The notes under the pieces: generated by a model
Database searches by the model: none
The model's input: the letters and a program-made list of their open reading frames with translations, nothing else
What the model was told of the DNA's origin: nothing
Made by a program: the position numbers and the translations under genes
Shown: in pieces, positions 11,601-19,692 of the stretch
Numbering within the stretch: the stretch's first letter is position 1
How the letters are laid out: the number at the start of each line of letters is the position of its first letter
Source of the DNA: Candidatus Cloacimonadales bacterium
Lineage (GTDB): Bacteria; Cloacimonadota; Cloacimonadia; Cloacimonadales; JAIOQZ01
NCBI GenBank assembly: GCA_963674825.1
Contig: OY771587.1
Span: 1,920,001 to 1,984,000 of the forward strand
DNA: 64,000 bases
Reading direction: 5' to 3'

Positions 11601-12469
11601 TAGAGGTCTTGCAGGAAGTTGTGGATGAGGGATGTGGTGGTTCCGGTTTCGTCGGTACTAGCGGCGATAACGGTGAAGCCCATTTCTTCCTTCCATTCGA
11701 TGAACGGAGCAAGCTGTTCTTCGAACATGTCGTCGTAGATCACCACGTATTTCACGGGATACTGAGTCAGTTCATCGCGATTCTGCAGCGGCTGGTAGTT
11801 CAGGATGGAACTGCTGAATACGGGTTCGAAGTAGTGCGAGTAGGTTCTTTCCAGCTGGTAGCGGGTTTCGACGTAGTTTGCACCGGTGAAGTTCACAGAC
11901 ACGTTGACGTCGGAATAGACACGGATCATGTTCGTGGCGGGATTGTAGTCAACCGGACGAACAGTAAGCTGGAAGAGGCGCATTCCACGCATGACACCCA
12001 GCTCTTCGACGCTTGCCAGCTCCGGATACTGCCAGCTTGCAGAAGCGTATGCATCTTGATCGATGACGAATTCAACGTCTTCGATGCGTTCGCTTTTAGA
12101 GAGAGAGGGCTGTGCAGGGATAAGCTGGCTTTCAAGGGCAAGCTCCTGTACCTGACCTGTCGTGACGTTGAGATTGACATTCGCTCCGAAGGGAACAGCG
12201 ATGATTTCGCGGTTCAGCGGGAGACGCGGTTGGCCGGGTTCGGTCACATATTCAAAGTCATTTGCGGTCAAGACCGTGAAATTGCCTCCACGTGTCTGAG
12301 TCGCGCTGGTCTCGAGGCCTGAAATGTGGAAACGGGCTTCGAAGCCGGACTGGCTGTTACTTGTTAGTTCAACGGCAGCGCTTGCCGTATCGCTGTTGAT
12401 GGGATGATAGGTTGCAAATAATGACATGGTTAGAGCGCTCAAAAGCACGAGCGTCAAGATGCGTTTCAT
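8657..12469 (-). CDS. Secreted C25 cysteine protease, Lys-gingipain-like, with propeptide, Ig-like domains and FlgD-type CTD
   Basis: NYTAHGSSTSWADP, GNCCLT and YWDEDYWWGVG (Kgp-like motifs); C-terminal NYPNPFNP...KKMLLIK. Confidence 0.92.
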   Translation of the reverse strand: MKRILTLVLLSALTMSLFATYHPINSDTASAAVELTSNSQSGFEARFHISGLETSATQTRGGNFTVLTANDFEYVTEPGQPRLPLNREIIAVPFGANVNLNVTTGQVQELALESQLIPAQPSLSKSERIEDVEFVIDQDAYASASWQYPELASVEELGVMRGMRLFQLTVRPVDYNPATNMIRVYSDVNVSVNFTGANYVETRYQLERTYSHYFEPVFSSSILNYQPLQNRDELTQYPVKYVVIYDDMFEEQLAPFIEWKEEMGFTVIAASTDETGTTTSLIHNFLQDLYDEGTPTDPAPSFVLFVGDTPQIPAYNGSTGSHVTDLNYVKLDGTDFFPEMYYGRFSANSTSELQPQIDKTLMFEKYEMPDPSYLGEVVMIAGMDSSHGSTWGNGQINYGTTYYFNEDHDIESHTYLYPNSGSNSNNIIANVSNGVGYVNYTAHGSSTSWADPSFTISDINGLDNEDKYPMVVGNCCLTNKFEVTTCFGEAWLRAEDKGAVGYIGGTNSTYWDEDYWWGVGAGSIVSNPTYESTGRGTYDGLFHDNGETEEDWFVTAGAMIMCGNLAVVEGGGSSSYYWEIYSLMGEPSLTPYMGVPIENEADFAAQILIGMTEYEVTADPYSLVSLTMNGETYGMGLVGDSGSLTLDLEPFTVPGDANLVITAQNRQPIITTVQIVPSDGAYLVADDLIYTDGNDGLPQFAETATLGLPVTNVGTDEATDLTVTLTSEDAYVTITDGEELFDSIDSNEAITLEDAFTIEVAGNAPDQHIIEFSISIFGTVNGSEQTWEINKDITVNAPAFSIGEMSVFDASGNNNGQLDPGETTAISFPVTNYGHADSPEVVAMLICTNPYITIDENSDELGEIDAEDTEDATFIVSLSEDVPEGTDINLGFGIFAGEYEFQITYGVTVSEMTEDFENGLDLYGWGMEGNADWELTTNSVYEGTYSLVSGDISDNQSTTAQIAVTVVSGGEIAFSYRVSSEANYDFLQFYIDNEMQEQWSGTINWTQASFPVEPGFHTFAWTYDKDNSVSNGSDCAWIDYIIFPSIPSAPVPIFMASDEEIDFGEVIVGDSLMYDVILYNYGNTDMEGTITTYDGFTVLGAERQTRSARGSRTSRETYDYIVPAAGSYTFTLKYMPTEEGDYSGQILLTSNDPYALNASIDISATADAQGTNGNDIPAFVNELKGNYPNPFNPTTTISFSLAEKSDVQIEVFNILGQKVKTLVSEEMQAGPHSIVWEGKDGQNRQVGSGVYFYKMKTGSYVSVKKMLLIK

Positions 12470-12524
12470 AATTACTCCTTACTCCATTGTATTGACACAT
12501 ACCATATTTAATCATAGAATATAA

Positions 12525-12540
12525 AGCAAAAATAGGGCCA
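12525..12540 (-). promoter_or_regulatory. Putative sigma54 promoter of the protease pair
   Basis: Minus strand TGGCCCTATTTTTGCT, 55 nt upstream of the start codon. Confidence 0.7.
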
Positions 12541-12786
12541 ATATGGGTAAAATAATCTGGATGCTGTGCGCACAATAATGCAGGTCTATGGGGAAAAATG
12601 AGATAAATTATTTATGCGAGAGTGTTGAGGATTCGCAGGATTTTATTGTCACGACGGGCAGTGAGAATCGTTTTTTCAGCGGAATATCGGATGCCTGGAA
12701 ATGTTGCGCATCGAAAAACATTTGACAAGAAAATCCGGTAGATTGCATTCTATGCTTACCGGAAAATGTGTGATCAGGAGGTTGCC

Positions 12787-13134
12787 ATGGACCACAGGAA
12801 ATTGCTTGATAACCTTAGAAAAGAAGTAAATGTCGCATTGACGAAGGTGTTTGACGAGGTCGGGAAGGCTACGAAAGTCTCTGGTCATCGGCTGGCGATC
12901 AACTCGCTCAAGGGCGAGATTCGCGAGAACAAAGAGAAGCTCGGAAGCATTATTTGCGAGCACGAAGAACTCTCGAACCAGCCCGAATTGAAAGATATCG
13001 TTCTCAAGATCAAGGCCTTGCATGCCGAGATAGAAGAACGGGAAGAGCAGATTCGTCATATGAAAGAGAAGGAGACCGAGGCTGAAGAAGAAGCTGCAAT
13101 GGACGAAGAAGACGAGGACGAAAAGAATTCATAA
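12787..13134 (+). CDS. Hypothetical coiled-coil protein with acidic tail
   Basis: RBS AGGAGG before ATG 12787; TTGACA -35 box upstream. Confidence 0.75.
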   Translation: MDHRKLLDNLRKEVNVALTKVFDEVGKATKVSGHRLAINSLKGEIRENKEKLGSIICEHEELSNQPELKDIVLKIKALHAEIEEREEQIRHMKEKETEAEEEAAMDEEDEDEKNS

Positions 13135-13699
13135 TCTGCTGCCGATTATAGCGGTAGCACTTCTATTGTCTTGCAATGCCTTCTCTCCTAGAGATTCGGA
13201 AGAGCCGCAGTCCGGTTCCGAATGGAACTCGTTTCCAATACAGCCGGAGCAGACGCTGGAGAACCTCGAATACGCCTACGAGTATAGCCAGAACAGCATC
13301 AAATACGGCGAAATTTTCGCCGATGGGTTCTCTTTTTTCTTTGACACACAAGATATAAGCGATTATGGTGTTCCTGAAGCGTGGGATTCTGAAACGGAAG
13401 AAGAAATGCTGCTTCTTTTATACAATCACCTTCTTTCGGGAACTGTTATAAGCTTGGAGCTGACGCCGGTAGAAAGCGAACCAGACGACATCCAGAGCGA
13501 GACAGCCGAGTTTTACAGAGAATATCAGTTGAGCATTGACCACGATCTCGAGGACTTACCGGATACTTTCGGTGGAATGATGTATCTCGAGATTGTGAGA
13601 AACCAGGATGGATTTTGGAGAATATCCAAATGGCAGGACTACAGAACGGACCAAGAAACGGTTACATGGGGGAGGTTGAAATATGAAATTTCACCCTAG
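13118..13699 (+). CDS. Putative lipoprotein (paralog of the next gene); start codon uncertain
   Basis: Frame encodes a complete signal KRIHNLLPIIAVALLLS-C but only ACG sits at 13118; shares PE..L.NL..AY and W.I..WQD with the next gene. Confidence 0.7.
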   Translation, partial: TKRIHNLLPIIAVALLLSCNAFSPRDSEEPQSGSEWNSFPIQPEQTLENLEYAYEYSQNSIKYGEIFADGFSFFFDTQDISDYGVPEAWDSETEEEMLLLLYNHLLSGTVISLELTPVESEPDDIQSETAEFYREYQLSIDHDLEDLPDTFGGMMYLEIVRNQDGFWRISKWQDYRTDQETVTWGRLKYEISP

Positions 13700-14273
13700 T
13701 TTCCTCGGGGGTGTAATCCTTGTTCTGTCAATTTTGTTTACAGTTGGATGCCAGAATCCATTTAATCCGGACATGCGTAAACAAATGGAGACAGTTCAAC
13801 CCTCGATTGCCGATTCTCCCGAGAAAGTTCTGACTAATCTCCAGCTTGCTTACAATACACAAGACATTGATCTTTACAAGCAATGCCTCTCCGAATCGTT
13901 TACCTTTGTTCTGGTCGCTTCCGAATCCACCGAACTGGGCCTGGATATGGACGGCGACGGTATCCGCGACGATTGGTGGGGCTATGATGAAGAAGTACTT
14001 TACCACGAAAATTTATTCGTATATGGCTCCAGCGACGGCAGAACGCCACCGCCTTATAACATTTCGCTGAGCCTCCAGGTACCGCCGGATTCTCTCTGGA
14101 ACTACACACAGACGGAAGATGATGGTTATTACCTTATCGTTCCCTGTTATTTCGATCTTCGGCTCAGTTTCGAGACCTCGGAGATCATCGCCAATGGCTA
14201 TGCACGATTCTTTCTGACCGAAGAGGATGAAGTGTGGAAAATCATCCGCTGGCAGGACGAATCGAATATATAG
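13683..14273 (+). CDS. Putative lipoprotein (NTF2/SnoaL-like fold suspected)
   Basis: Lipobox TVG-C; DMDGDG loop; C-terminal WKIIRWQD. Confidence 0.75.
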   Translation: MKFHPSFLGGVILVLSILFTVGCQNPFNPDMRKQMETVQPSIADSPEKVLTNLQLAYNTQDIDLYKQCLSESFTFVLVASESTELGLDMDGDGIRDDWWGYDEEVLYHENLFVYGSSDGRTPPPYNISLSLQVPPDSLWNYTQTEDDGYYLIVPCYFDLRLSFETSEIIANGYARFFLTEEDEVWKIIRWQDESNI

Positions 14274-14292
14274 GAAAGCAGAAAATCGGTTT

Positions 14293-14712
14293 ATGGGATT
14301 ATATCGCATTTTAGCTATCGATTACGGTAATTCGAAGATTGGGTTTGCTCTGACAGACCCCATGAGAATCATCTCACAACCTTATTACACACTTGTTTAC
14401 GACTCGGAAGACCACGCGCTGGACTGGATTCGCAACACCATCCATAAAGAACGCGTCGGCCGTATCGTTATGGGACTTCCTATCGACATGGAAGGCAACG
14501 AGACAACACAATCGACCCTCACCCGTCAGTTCGCTGAAAGGCTCAAACACAGCATCGAAATCCCTGTCGATTTCCAGGATGAGCGCTTCACCAGCGAAGA
14601 AGCTAACGCCGAAATCCGCAAGATGGGTAAGAATCCGATTGATGGGCGGAAAATCATCGATCAGGTTGCTGCTTCCATAATTCTGAAGAATTATCTGGAA
14701 TCCTATCGATGA
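14293..14712 (+). CDS. ruvX: Holliday junction resolvase-like / pre-16S rRNA nuclease YqgF
   Basis: RILAIDYG..IGFA.TD, GLP, DERFTS, IDQVAASIIL. Confidence 0.93.
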   Translation: MGLYRILAIDYGNSKIGFALTDPMRIISQPYYTLVYDSEDHALDWIRNTIHKERVGRIVMGLPIDMEGNETTQSTLTRQFAERLKHSIEIPVDFQDERFTSEEANAEIRKMGKNPIDGRKIIDQVAASIILKNYLESYR

Positions 14713-15701
14713 AACGGGTTCTCCCCATAGCGATTCTGCTTGTGATCGTATCCTTTATCGCGATTGACATCAAGCTACTCCTCAAACCAGTCTATATCCG
14801 CGATACTATCGTGGAAGTCAACGACGGCGAGACGGCAAAATCCATCTCGAAGAAGCTTTATGACAGCGGCATTATCCGTAGTCGGTTCTTGTTTGAAAAA
14901 TATGCACGCTACAAAGGAATCGATCGGAAGCTTAGTCGCGGTAAATATCTGTTTCGCGGAAAGATAACCATCCCTGAAGCGCTCAGATTGCTCCACTCCG
15001 CACGCGTCATTCTTCACAAAGTAACCATCCCCGAAGGTATGACCGCGAGAAGAACGGCGCATCTGCTGGCTGATAATGGTTTCGGTGATTATCAGCGATT
15101 CATGGAATTGATCAACGATTCGCTGTTCGTAAAACGCACCACCGGCTTTTGCCTCCCATCTCTGGAAGGATTTCTTTATCCTGAGACTTACCTTTTCCCG
15201 GAAGGGGTTCGTGAAGAATTCATTTTACGTCACATGGTCGATCAGTTTTGGAAAATGACAGCCAATACTTTTGAGGATACCAGCACACTGGAGGATTTCT
15301 ATCCTACGATTATTCTGGCGTCAATTGTAGAACGAGAGGCGCGACGAGAAGAAGAAAAACCCTTTATCGCCGATGTGTATCTTAACCGTATTGAGCGCGG
15401 AATGCTGCTGCAGGCAGATCCCACCGTTGCCTATGCGCTTGAAAACGCAGGTATTCGACGATCCCGTATCCTCTACAAAGATCTCAAATACGATTCCCCC
15501 TACAATACCTATTTAAATCCCGGATTACCGCCAACACCGGTGTGTAATCCTACCATAAGCGCGATCGAAGCAACGCTGAATCCGCAAGACACAAACTACT
15601 ACTTTTTCTTCGCTGATGGCGAAGGCGGCCACATTTTTTCCGAGACATACAGGCAGCATTCATCGAGGCTGCGAAAGTTGAGAAACGACAATGGGCGATA
15701 G
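14709..15701 (+). CDS. mltG: Endolytic transglycosylase MltG
   Basis: VTIPEG, LEGFLYPETY, LASIVERE, LQADPT, SPYNTY..GLPPTP. Confidence 0.95.
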   Translation: MKRVLPIAILLVIVSFIAIDIKLLLKPVYIRDTIVEVNDGETAKSISKKLYDSGIIRSRFLFEKYARYKGIDRKLSRGKYLFRGKITIPEALRLLHSARVILHKVTIPEGMTARRTAHLLADNGFGDYQRFMELINDSLFVKRTTGFCLPSLEGFLYPETYLFPEGVREEFILRHMVDQFWKMTANTFEDTSTLEDFYPTIILASIVEREARREEEKPFIADVYLNRIERGMLLQADPTVAYALENAGIRRSRILYKDLKYDSPYNTYLNPGLPPTPVCNPTISAIEATLNPQDTNYYFFFADGEGGHIFSETYRQHSSRLRKLRNDNGR

Positions 15702-16887
15702 AATTCTGCTCGATCTCGCGATCATCATTTTCTGCTCCAAGATCATGGAAGCTGTATCGCGTCGGCTCAAGCAGCCACCGGTTATCGGTATGCTGCTGTT
15801 GGGCGTGATCCTGGGACCAAGCTTCTTGAACCTGGTCGAGTCGGACGTGATTATCCAGTGGCTCGCAAAGCTGGGCGTGTTGTTCCTGCTCTTCGAAGCC
15901 GGTCTTGAGACGAATCTCAAGCAAATTCGGCAGGACTCGCGTCAGGCACTGCTTCCCGCGCTGGGCGGCATTACTATACCTATGTTGCTGGGTGTCGGCT
16001 TGTCATTCTTTTTCAACCACAGCCTCATGCACAGCCTGACGATCGGCGTGATCTTCACCGCCACCAGTGTGAGCGTGAGTGTGATGACGCTGCTCGATTT
16101 GGGTAAACTGAAGGGTATCGAGGGCCGTTGCATCGTCAATGCAGCCATCATTGACGACGTGGTAGGCATCTTGTTGGTGACTTTCCTTTTCGGCATGAAT
16201 ATTGGGCATGGTGAAAGCTTGCACTTGCCGGGCGTTGCGTTCCTGCATTCAGTAGGTAAGATTATCGGCTTCTTCGTGCTGATCTTCCTATTCGGCTTCT
16301 TTGTACTCAAACCCTTCTTTCTGAATATCAAGAAATTCTATCTCGAGACAGCGACACTCTCACTGGCGATCGCGGTTATCTTCGTCTATGCCTGGCTGGC
16401 CGAGCAGGCTGAGATTGCAGCGATTACCGGCGCATATTTTGCTGGTCTCTTTATTGGACAGACGAAGTATAAGAATAAAATCCAGGAGGACGTCTCAACT
16501 GTTGGGAAGTCATTCTTCGTGGACGTATTTTTTGTAAATATAGGGCTTGGAATCCATCTTTTTCGCATTCAGACGAATCCGTTATATCTGGCGATGTTTA
16601 TCCTGCTGGCAATGGGAGGAAAATTCATCGGAAGTTCGATCGGCGCACGTTTTTCAGGATTCGATGGCATCCGATCGCTTCGTATCGGTTTTGGCATGAT
16701 CCCTCGTGGCGAGGTAGCGCTGATCATCGCTAACATGGCGGTGGAACGGCAATTGATAACCAATGGTGAGCTCTCATCGACCATCATGCTGGTCATCGTG
16801 AGCGCGTTCATCACACCGATGCTGCTCAAGTACAGCTATTCGCGCTTGCAGCGTAAATCATTCAATGGAGGCGGCAATGTGGAATGA
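15691..16887 (+). CDS. Cation:proton antiporter (CPA2 family)
   Basis: LLFEAGLET, TATSVSV, AAIIDDV, GMIPRGEVALI; multi-TM. Confidence 0.92.
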   Translation: MGDRILLDLAIIIFCSKIMEAVSRRLKQPPVIGMLLLGVILGPSFLNLVESDVIIQWLAKLGVLFLLFEAGLETNLKQIRQDSRQALLPALGGITIPMLLGVGLSFFFNHSLMHSLTIGVIFTATSVSVSVMTLLDLGKLKGIEGRCIVNAAIIDDVVGILLVTFLFGMNIGHGESLHLPGVAFLHSVGKIIGFFVLIFLFGFFVLKPFFLNIKKFYLETATLSLAIAVIFVYAWLAEQAEIAAITGAYFAGLFIGQTKYKNKIQEDVSTVGKSFFVDVFFVNIGLGIHLFRIQTNPLYLAMFILLAMGGKFIGSSIGARFSGFDGIRSLRIGFGMIPRGEVALIIANMAVERQLITNGELSSTIMLVIVSAFITPMLLKYSYSRLQRKSFNGGGNVE

Positions 16888-17698
16888 TTGCATAAACGAA
16901 AACCTGATCGTCATCAATCCGAAGGTTAAAGACAAGAAGGACCTCTTCGAGAAGATGGTGAATCATGTGTATAATCAGGACATCATTCGTGATCACAAGG
17001 CGTTTCTCAAAGCTGTGAAGCAGCGTGAAGAAACCGCAAACACCGAGCTGATCGCCGAAGTAGCGCTGCCACATGCCCGGGATATTAGCTGCGAGAAGCT
17101 ATTCCTCTGCATTATTGTGCTTAAGGATGGGATCGATTATGGCAACCCGGAAATGGGCCCGGCGAAGATCATCTTTTTCTTCGGTGCGCCTCCGGGAGAA
17201 AATCGCGAGTACCTGCAACTGCTTGCGAAGTCGTCGCGCCTACTGAAGAAAGACGAGTTCCGCCACGAGATTTTGAATGCGAAAAACCCTTCCGAAATTC
17301 TGGCGCTGATCAACCGTTACGAAGAGAAAGAAAAAAGGCCGGAAGCAAGCGCACGATACAGCCTGACCGTAGTTCTGCACAATCCGGATTTTCTTGACGG
17401 ATTGCTCTCCGCACTCGTAGAACTTGGCATAACAAATGCTTCCATTGTTGACAGTATTTCAATGGCGAGAAAACTTGCATACGAAATGCCCGTCTTTGCC
17501 GGACTCAGCTACATGTCACCCGGAAAAGACGAACGATCGCTGCTTGTTCAATGCGTGGTAAACGAGCAGAACGTGGCACGAAGGCTTTATGAATTACTGC
17601 GCGAATTCAAGATTGATCTGGATCAGCCGGGAACCGGTTTCCTCTACATGACACGACTGGAGGAGCTGTTCGGCAATCCGGAAGAAATGGTGGAATAG
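16877..17698 (+). CDS. PTS EIIA-like domain fused to a C-terminal P-II-like domain
   Basis: RE..T...VALPHAR phospho-His motif; C-terminal LxELGITNASIVDS..M...PVFAG. Confidence 0.8.
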   Translation: MWNDCINENLIVINPKVKDKKDLFEKMVNHVYNQDIIRDHKAFLKAVKQREETANTELIAEVALPHARDISCEKLFLCIIVLKDGIDYGNPEMGPAKIIFFFGAPPGENREYLQLLAKSSRLLKKDEFRHEILNAKNPSEILALINRYEEKEKRPEASARYSLTVVLHNPDFLDGLLSALVELGITNASIVDSISMARKLAYEMPVFAGLSYMSPGKDERSLLVQCVVNEQNVARRLYELLREFKIDLDQPGTGFLYMTRLEELFGNPEEMVE

Positions 17699-18267
17699 TG
17701 AAGATATATATCATGCGGCATGGCGATTCGACCCACCTGGTGGGCGATTTCCAGCAGAAGACAACGTGGAAGGAATTCAGGAAAGAACTTCCGTCATGGG
17801 ACAGCGCACAACTCACCGAGCTGGGAATCCAGCAGGTAAAGGATGCGTCCGTCAAATGGAAAGGCACCTTCAATCGTATCTTCCACAGTCCGTTGCCGCG
17901 TGCCACCGATACCGCGTCATACATGAACCAGCAGGCCAACGTTCCCATGGAACCCATGCCCGAGCTTCGTGAGATCGACACCCGGTCGCTTCCACTTCCG
18001 CCGTGGATTCAGTTGACGCTCTACAACTGGTTTATCTACACCTTCTTCAATTCGCTCTTTGATTTCGGCCTATTCAAAATCATGCGCACCGCATCTCGGA
18101 TCATGCACCGGGCACAGCGTTGCCACGAGCCGGTGTTGCTCGTCTCACACAAGGCTCGAATTATGTCGCTGATGTTCTGGGTTTGGCTCAAGCCGGGCTG
18201 GCGCATCGTTTCCAGCATCACCGATCCCGCCGGCGTCACCGTCGTCGAGTGCCCGGATAAGAAGTAG
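17698..18267 (+). CDS. Histidine phosphatase family protein
   Basis: IYIMRHG, HSPLPRA.DTA, LREI, LLVSH. Confidence 0.85.
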   Translation: MKIYIMRHGDSTHLVGDFQQKTTWKEFRKELPSWDSAQLTELGIQQVKDASVKWKGTFNRIFHSPLPRATDTASYMNQQANVPMEPMPELREIDTRSLPLPPWIQLTLYNWFIYTFFNSLFDFGLFKIMRTASRIMHRAQRCHEPVLLVSHKARIMSLMFWVWLKPGWRIVSSITDPAGVTVVECPDKK

Positions 18268-18465
18268 CCGCACGAATCTCTTTCTCAACCACTCATCATT
18301 TACCAGAAAAGTAGTTATCAGCCGTGTCATCCTGACAGAATCGAAGGCCCCACGATGGATATCACATCTTTATTGGTTTCATCAGAGCATCGCGTAAACC
18401 ATAACACCGATTTTCTTGACATCCGCTAATCCTGTTGCTATTTAATGCGTCACGGAGGTATCCTG

Positions 18466-19629
18466 ATGAAAAAGATGTTGATTGCGCTTTCAATTCTTAT
18501 ATTGGTCGGAATGCTCAACGCCGTTACATACAAAATCGAACTGACGTGGGACGAATTCGAGGGCGAACTCAACGGCGTCCTCACCGGTACCTACGACGAA
18601 GATACCGGTTTTGTGCAGGGCGTGGGAAGCGAATCTGCGCTGGATGGAAAAATCGTCTCACTGGGCGAAGACCATGGAGCAAATGCACGCCAGACCTTCG
18701 AGGTACGCGCTGAAGACGGACTCTATTCCTTCTGGATTCGCGACAAATTTGCCGATCAGGATATCAATGCGGACATGGAGCTCATAGCCAATGCAAAACC
18801 CAAGGTTGTGATTTCAAGAGATGACTTTCCCCTCGAGACGATCGAAGTGCCGCAGTCGTACGGGCTCGTTTGCAAAGTATTTACGCTGGATGCCGGATCA
18901 GGTGAAGTCGATCGCGAGATACGCTATTTCCCGAAGAACCGGATCATCATGGCGCAGGCCGTACATGCTGTAACCGGCGATCCACTGCCGGATGTTAAGG
19001 TCTCTGCGTCGGCGATTACCGGCAGCTTCATCGAATTGCAGGAGGTGGATAATGGCGTGTATGTGGCAGAAGTAGAGACGGGCGATTACGAGCTCAGCTT
19101 TCATAAGGAAGGCTTCATTCCGGTAAGCTTCAAGGTCAACATGGGTTTCGACGAAAATCCGCGTGAAGTGATCTGCGCAATGACGCCGGAGCTGAAAGAC
19201 ATCCGTATCGTATTGACCTGGGGTTCGCGTCCGAAAGACCTTGACGCTCATCTGAGCGGTCCTGATCCGGATGGCGGTGACTTCCATATCTGGTACCGTC
19301 ATCGGGTGCTCGTGGCTGGAAGGGATTTCCTCGATCGCGACGACACCAGCAGCTACGGCCCGGAAACCATCACCATCTACAAACCCGCGCAGGGTGAATA
19401 TTATTACGCGGTTCACGACTACTCGAATCGTCATTCCAAACGAAGCAAACGACTCTCCGCCAGCGGAGCAAGGGTTCAGGTTTACGGCGACGGCAGGCTC
19501 TTGAATTCGTTCGAAGTGCCCCGCAACAAACGAGGAACCGTCTGGCATGTCTTTAAAATCGACAAGAATAACCAGGTTGTGCCGACAAACACCGTGGATT
19601 ACGTCGATCGCGGAGAAGATATTCGCTGA
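18466..19629 (+). CDS. Secreted protein with carboxypeptidase-regulatory-like and YfaP/DUF2135-like domains
   Basis: Signal peptide; IVLTWG..PKDLDAH, LDRDDT..YGPETI; RBS GGAGG. Confidence 0.8.
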   Translation: MKKMLIALSILILVGMLNAVTYKIELTWDEFEGELNGVLTGTYDEDTGFVQGVGSESALDGKIVSLGEDHGANARQTFEVRAEDGLYSFWIRDKFADQDINADMELIANAKPKVVISRDDFPLETIEVPQSYGLVCKVFTLDAGSGEVDREIRYFPKNRIIMAQAVHAVTGDPLPDVKVSASAITGSFIELQEVDNGVYVAEVETGDYELSFHKEGFIPVSFKVNMGFDENPREVICAMTPELKDIRIVLTWGSRPKDLDAHLSGPDPDGGDFHIWYRHRVLVAGRDFLDRDDTSSYGPETITIYKPAQGEYYYAVHDYSNRHSKRSKRLSASGARVQVYGDGRLLNSFEVPRNKRGTVWHVFKIDKNNQVVPTNTVDYVDRGEDIR

Positions 19630-19645
19630 TTTTGCCCAAAAGCAA

Positions 19646-19673
19646 GAACGACAACCGGTTAGGGTTGTCGTTC
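19646..19673. terminator. Hairpin between convergent genes
   Basis: GAACGACAACC/GGTTGTCGTTC 11-bp stem. Confidence 0.65.
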
Positions 19674-19692
19674 CATCAAGCGAAGATTGATG

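Noticed and set aside
18325..18350. TGTCATCCTGAC..CGAAGG REP-like half element
   Set aside because: Single degenerate copy with no partner arm
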